Below are positions 59,131-64,000 of a DNA stretch of 64,000 nucleotides, piece by piece. Position 1 is the stretch's first letter, and every line of letters begins with the position of its first letter. This stretch comes from the human T2T-CHM13v2.0 reference genome, Homo sapiens: NCBI RefSeq assembly GCF_009914755.1, contig NC_060937.1. The stretch is one strand, 5' to 3'. The position numbers were made by a program, and so were the translations under genes. The notes beneath the pieces were generated by a model. It was given only the letters and a program-made list of their open reading frames with translations. It searched no databases and was not told where the DNA came from.

Positions 59131-62100
59131 AATATCAAAGTACCCCAAATATATATTATATACTCTACATGAAATATCAAAGTTCACAAACTATATATTA
59201 TATACTGTACATAAAATATCAAAGTACCCAAGGTATATATTCTATACTGTACATAAAATAACAAAGTACACAAACTATACATTATATACTGTACATAAAA
59301 TATGAAATTACATCAAATATATATTAGGTACATAAAATATGAAAGTACATCAAATATAGATTATATACTGTACATAAAATATCAAAGTACCCCAAATATA
59401 TATTATATACTCTACATGAAATATCAAAGTTCACAAACTATATATTATATACTGTACATAAAATATCAAAGTACCCAAGGTATATATTCTATACTGTAAA
59501 AAAAATATCAAAGAACCCAAAGCATGTATTATATACTGTACATAAAATATGAAATTACATCAAATATATATTATATTAGGTACATAAAATATGAAAGTAC
59601 ATCAAATATAGATTATATACTGTACATAAAATATCAAAGTACCCCAAATATATATTATATACTCTACATGAAATATCAAAGTTCACAAACCATATATTAT
59701 TTACTGTACATAAAATATCAAAGTACCCAAGGTATATATTCTATACTGTACAACAAATATCAAAGTACCCAAAGCATGTATTATATACTGTACATAAAAT
59801 ATGAAAGTACATCAAATATATATTTTATTCTGTACATAAAATATCAAAGTACACCAGATATATATAATATAGTGTACATAAAATATCAAAGTACCCAAAC
59901 TATACATTATATACTGTACATAAAATATGAAATTACATCAAATATATATTATATTAGGTACATAAAATATGAAAGTACATCAAATATAGATTATATACTG
60001 TACATTAAATACCAAAGTACCCCAAATATATATTTTATACTCTACATGAAATATCAAAGTTCACAAACTATATATTATATACTGTACATAAAATATCAAA
60101 GTACCCAAGGTATATATTCTATACTGTACAAAAATTATCAAAGTACCAAAAGCATGTATTATATACTGTACCTAAAATATGAAAGTACATCAAATATATA
60201 TTTTATTCTGTACATAAAATATCAAAGTACACCAGATATATATTCTATAGTGTACATAAAATATCAAAGTACCCAAACTATACATTATATACTGTACATA
60301 AAATATGAAATTACATCAAATATATATTATATTAGGTACATAAAATATGAAAGTACATGAAATATAGATTATATACTGTACATAAAATATCAAGGTACCC
60401 CAAATATATATTATATACTCTACATGAAATATCAAAGTTCACAAACTATATATTATATACTGTACATAAAATATCAAAGTACCCAAGGTATATATTCTAT
60501 ACTGTACAAAAAATAACAAAGTACCAAAAGCATGTATAATATACTGCACATAAAATATGAAAGTACATCAAATATATATTTTATTCTGTACATAAAATAT
60601 CAAAGTACACCAGATATATATTCGATAGGGTACATAAAATATAAAAGTACCCAAACTATACATTATATACTGTAAATAAAATATGAAATTACATCAAATA
60701 TATTTTATATTAGGTACATAAAACATGAAAGTACATCAAATATATATTTTATTCTGTACATAAAATATCAAAGTACACCAGATATATATTCTATAGTGTA
60801 CATAAAATATCAAAGTACCCAAACTATACATTATGTACTGTACATAAAATATGAAATTACATCAAATACATATTATATTAGGTACATAAAATATGAAAGT
60901 ACATGAAATATAGATTATATACTGTACATAAAATATCAAGGTACCCCAAATATATATTATATACTCTACATGAAATATCAAAGTTCACAAACTATATATT
61001 ATATACTGTACATGAAATATCAAAGTACCCCAAATATATATTATATACTCTACAGGAAATATCAAAGTTCACACACTATATATCATATACTGTACATAAA
61101 ATATCAAAGTACCCAAGGTATATATTCTATACTGTACCAAAAATATCAAAGTACCCAAAGCATGTATTATATTCTGTATATAAAATATGAATGTACATCA
61201 AATATATATTTTATTCTGTACATAAAATATCAAAGTACACCAGATATATATTCTATAGTGTACATAAAATATCAAAGTACCCAAACTATACATTATATAC
61301 TGTACATAAAATATGAAATTACATCAAATATGTACTAGGTACATAAAATATGAAAGTACATCAAATATAGATTATATACTGTACATAAAATATCAAAGTA
61401 CCCCAAATATATATTATATACTCTACATGAAATATCAAAGTTCACAAACTATATATTACATACTGTACATAAAATATCAAATTACCCAAGGTATATATTC
61501 TATACTGTACAAAAAATATCAAATTACCCAAAGCATGCATTATATACTGTATATAAAATATGAAAGTACATCAAATATATATTTTATTCTGTACATAAAA
61601 TATCAAAGTACACCAGATATATATTCTATAGTGTACATAAAATAACAAAGTACAAAAACTATAAATTATATACTGTACATAAAATAAGAAATTACATCAA
61701 ATACATATTAGGTACATAAAATATGAAAGTACATCAAATATAGATTATATACTGTACAAAAAATATCAATGTACCCCAAATATATATTTTATACTCTACA
61801 TGAAATATCAAAGTTCACAAACCATATATTATATACTGTACATAAAATATCAAAGTACCCAAGGTATATATTCTATACTGTACAAAAAATATCAAAGTAC
61901 CCAAAGCATGTATTATATACTGTACATAAAATATGAAAGTATATCAAATATATATTTTATTCTGTACATAAAATATCAAAGTACACCAGATATATATTCT
62001 ATAGTGTACATAAAATATAAAAGTACCCAAACTATACATTATATACTGTAAATAAAATATGAAATTACATCAAATATATTTTATATTAGGTACATAAAAT

Positions 62101-64000
62101 ATGAAAGTACATCAAATATAGATTATATACTGTACATTAAATACCAAAGTACCCCAAATATATATTTTATACTGTACATGAAATATCAAAGTTCACAAAC
62201 TATATATTATATACTGTACATATAATATCAAAGTACCCGAGGTATATATTCTATACTGTACAAAAAATAACAAAGTACCAAAAGCATGTATTATATACTG
62301 TACCTAAAATATGAAATTACATCAAATATATATTTTATTCTGTACATAAAATATCAAAGTACACCAGATATATATTCTATAGTGTACATAAAATATCAAA
62401 GTACCGAAACTATACATTATATACTGTACATAAAATATGAAATTACATCAAATATATACTAGGTACATAAAATATGAAAGGACATCAAATATAGATTATA
62501 TACTGTACATAAAATATCAAAGTACCCCAAATATATATTATATACTGTATATGAAATATCAAAGTTCACAAACTATATATTATATACTGTACATAAAATA
62601 TCAAAGTACCCAAGGTATATATTCTATACTGTATAACAAATATCAAAGTACCCAAAGCATGTATTATATACTGTACATAAAATATGAAAGTACATCAAAT
62701 ATATATTTTATTCTGTACATAAAATATCAAAGTACACCAGATATAGATTCTATAGTGTACATAAAATAACAAAGTACACAAACTATAGATTATATACTGT
62801 ACATAAAATATGAAATTACATCAAATATATATTAGGTACATTATATATGAAAGTACATCAAATATAGATTATATACTGTACATAAAATATCAATATACCC
62901 CAAATATATATTTTATACTCTACATGAAATAACAAAGTTCACAAACTATATATTATATACTGTACATAAAATATCAAAGTACCCAAGGTATATATTCTAT
63001 ACTGTACAAAAAATATGAAAGTACCCAAAGCATGTATTATATACTGTACATAAAATATGAAAGTACATCAAATATATATTTTATTCTGTAAATAAAATAT
63101 CAAAGTACACCAGATATATATTCTATAGTGTACATAAAATATCAAAGTACCCAAACTATACATTATATACTGTACATAAAATATGAAATTACATCAAATA
63201 TATATTAGGTACATGAAATATGAAAGTACATCAAATATAGATTATATACTGTACATAAAATATCAAAGTACCCCAAATATACATTATATACTGTACATGA
63301 AATATCAAAGTTCACAAACCATATATTATATACTGTACATAAAATATCAAAGTAACCAAGGTATATATTCTATAATGTACAAAAAATATCAAAGTACCCA
63401 AAGCATGTATTATATACTGTACATAAAATATGAAACTACATCAAATATATATTTTATTCTGTACATAAAATATCAAAGTACACCAGATATATATTCTATA
63501 GTGTACATAAAATAACAAAGTACACAAACTATAAATTATATACTGTACATAAAATATGAAATTACATCAAATATATATTAGGTACAGAAAATATGAAAGT
63601 ACATCAGATATAGATTATATACTGTACAAAAAGTATCAATGTACCCCAAATATATATTTTATACTCTACATGAAATATCAAAGTTCACAAACCATATATT
63701 ATATACTGTACATAAAATATCAAAGTACTCAAGGTATATATTCTATACTGTACAAAAAATATCAAAGTACCCAAAGCATGTATTATATACTGTACATAAA
63801 ATATGAAAGTACATCAAACATATATTTTATTCTGTACATAAAATATCAAAGTACAGCAGATATATATTCTATAGTGTACATAAAATATCAAAGTACCCAA
63901 ACTATACATTATATACTGTACATAAAATATGAAATTACATCAAATATATATTAGGTACATAAAATATGAAAGTACATCAAATATAGATTATATACTGTAC

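Larger units (their letters stand above)
1..64000 (+). repeat. Human satellite 1A (HSat1A / SAR / classical satellite I) tandem array, 42-bp monomer with 378-bp 9-mer higher-order unit
   Basis: Continuous tandem repeats of a 42-bp unit such as GTACATAAAATATCAAA-GTACCCAAACTATACATTATATACT from base 1 to 64000, with the A-rich strand always on +. The 17+25-bp RsaI substructure, extreme AT richness and 378-bp 9-mer match my recollection of HSat1A; this was recognised, not database-searched. Confidence 0.95.

Noticed and set aside
1-64000. CRISPR-like appearance (constant TGTACATAAAATAT alternating with variable segments)
   Set aside because: The variable parts are homologous to each other and cycle every nine monomers; there are no unique spacers, leader or cas genes.
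1-64000. Abundant TATA-like boxes as promoters; alpha satellite or CENP-B boxes; Alu/L1 insertions; HSat1B
   Set aside because: TATA motifs are intrinsic to the monomer. There is no 171-bp period, no CpG-containing CENP-B box, and no GC-rich Alu fragment or poly(A)/TSD-bounded insert.
1-64000. Assignment to a specific chromosome
   Set aside because: HSat1A arrays occur on several human chromosomes (3, 4 and acrocentrics). No unique flanking sequence is present, so an alignment search is needed.

Overview
The entire 64 kb window is one uninterrupted, single-orientation array of a very AT-rich (roughly 20-24% GC in monomers counted by hand) 42-bp tandem satellite. Its sequence and architecture match human/hominoid classical satellite 1 (HSat1A, Repbase SAR): alternating 17-bp and 25-bp GTAC(RsaI)-delimited subunits, with nine diverged monomers forming a 378-bp higher-order unit. 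I see no genes, RNA genes, transposon insertions, CRISPR array or inversions. All listed ORFs are artefacts of a 42-bp (14-codon) period that lacks stops in one + frame. What can be read from the sequence is the array's internal history: a 373-bp variant (5-bp deletion) that alternates with the 378-mer (751-bp dimer) or forms pure runs, kilobase-scale duplications (offsets 4690, 3001, 751, 1875, 4031, 5501, 1665 and 6287 bp), a sharply bounded ~10-kb sub-family domain (~34.1-44.3 kb) with its own diagnostic substitutions, and truncated or expanded units that differ by whole monomers. I found no evidence for a novel coding or enzymatic system; the findings concern satellite structure and evolution.
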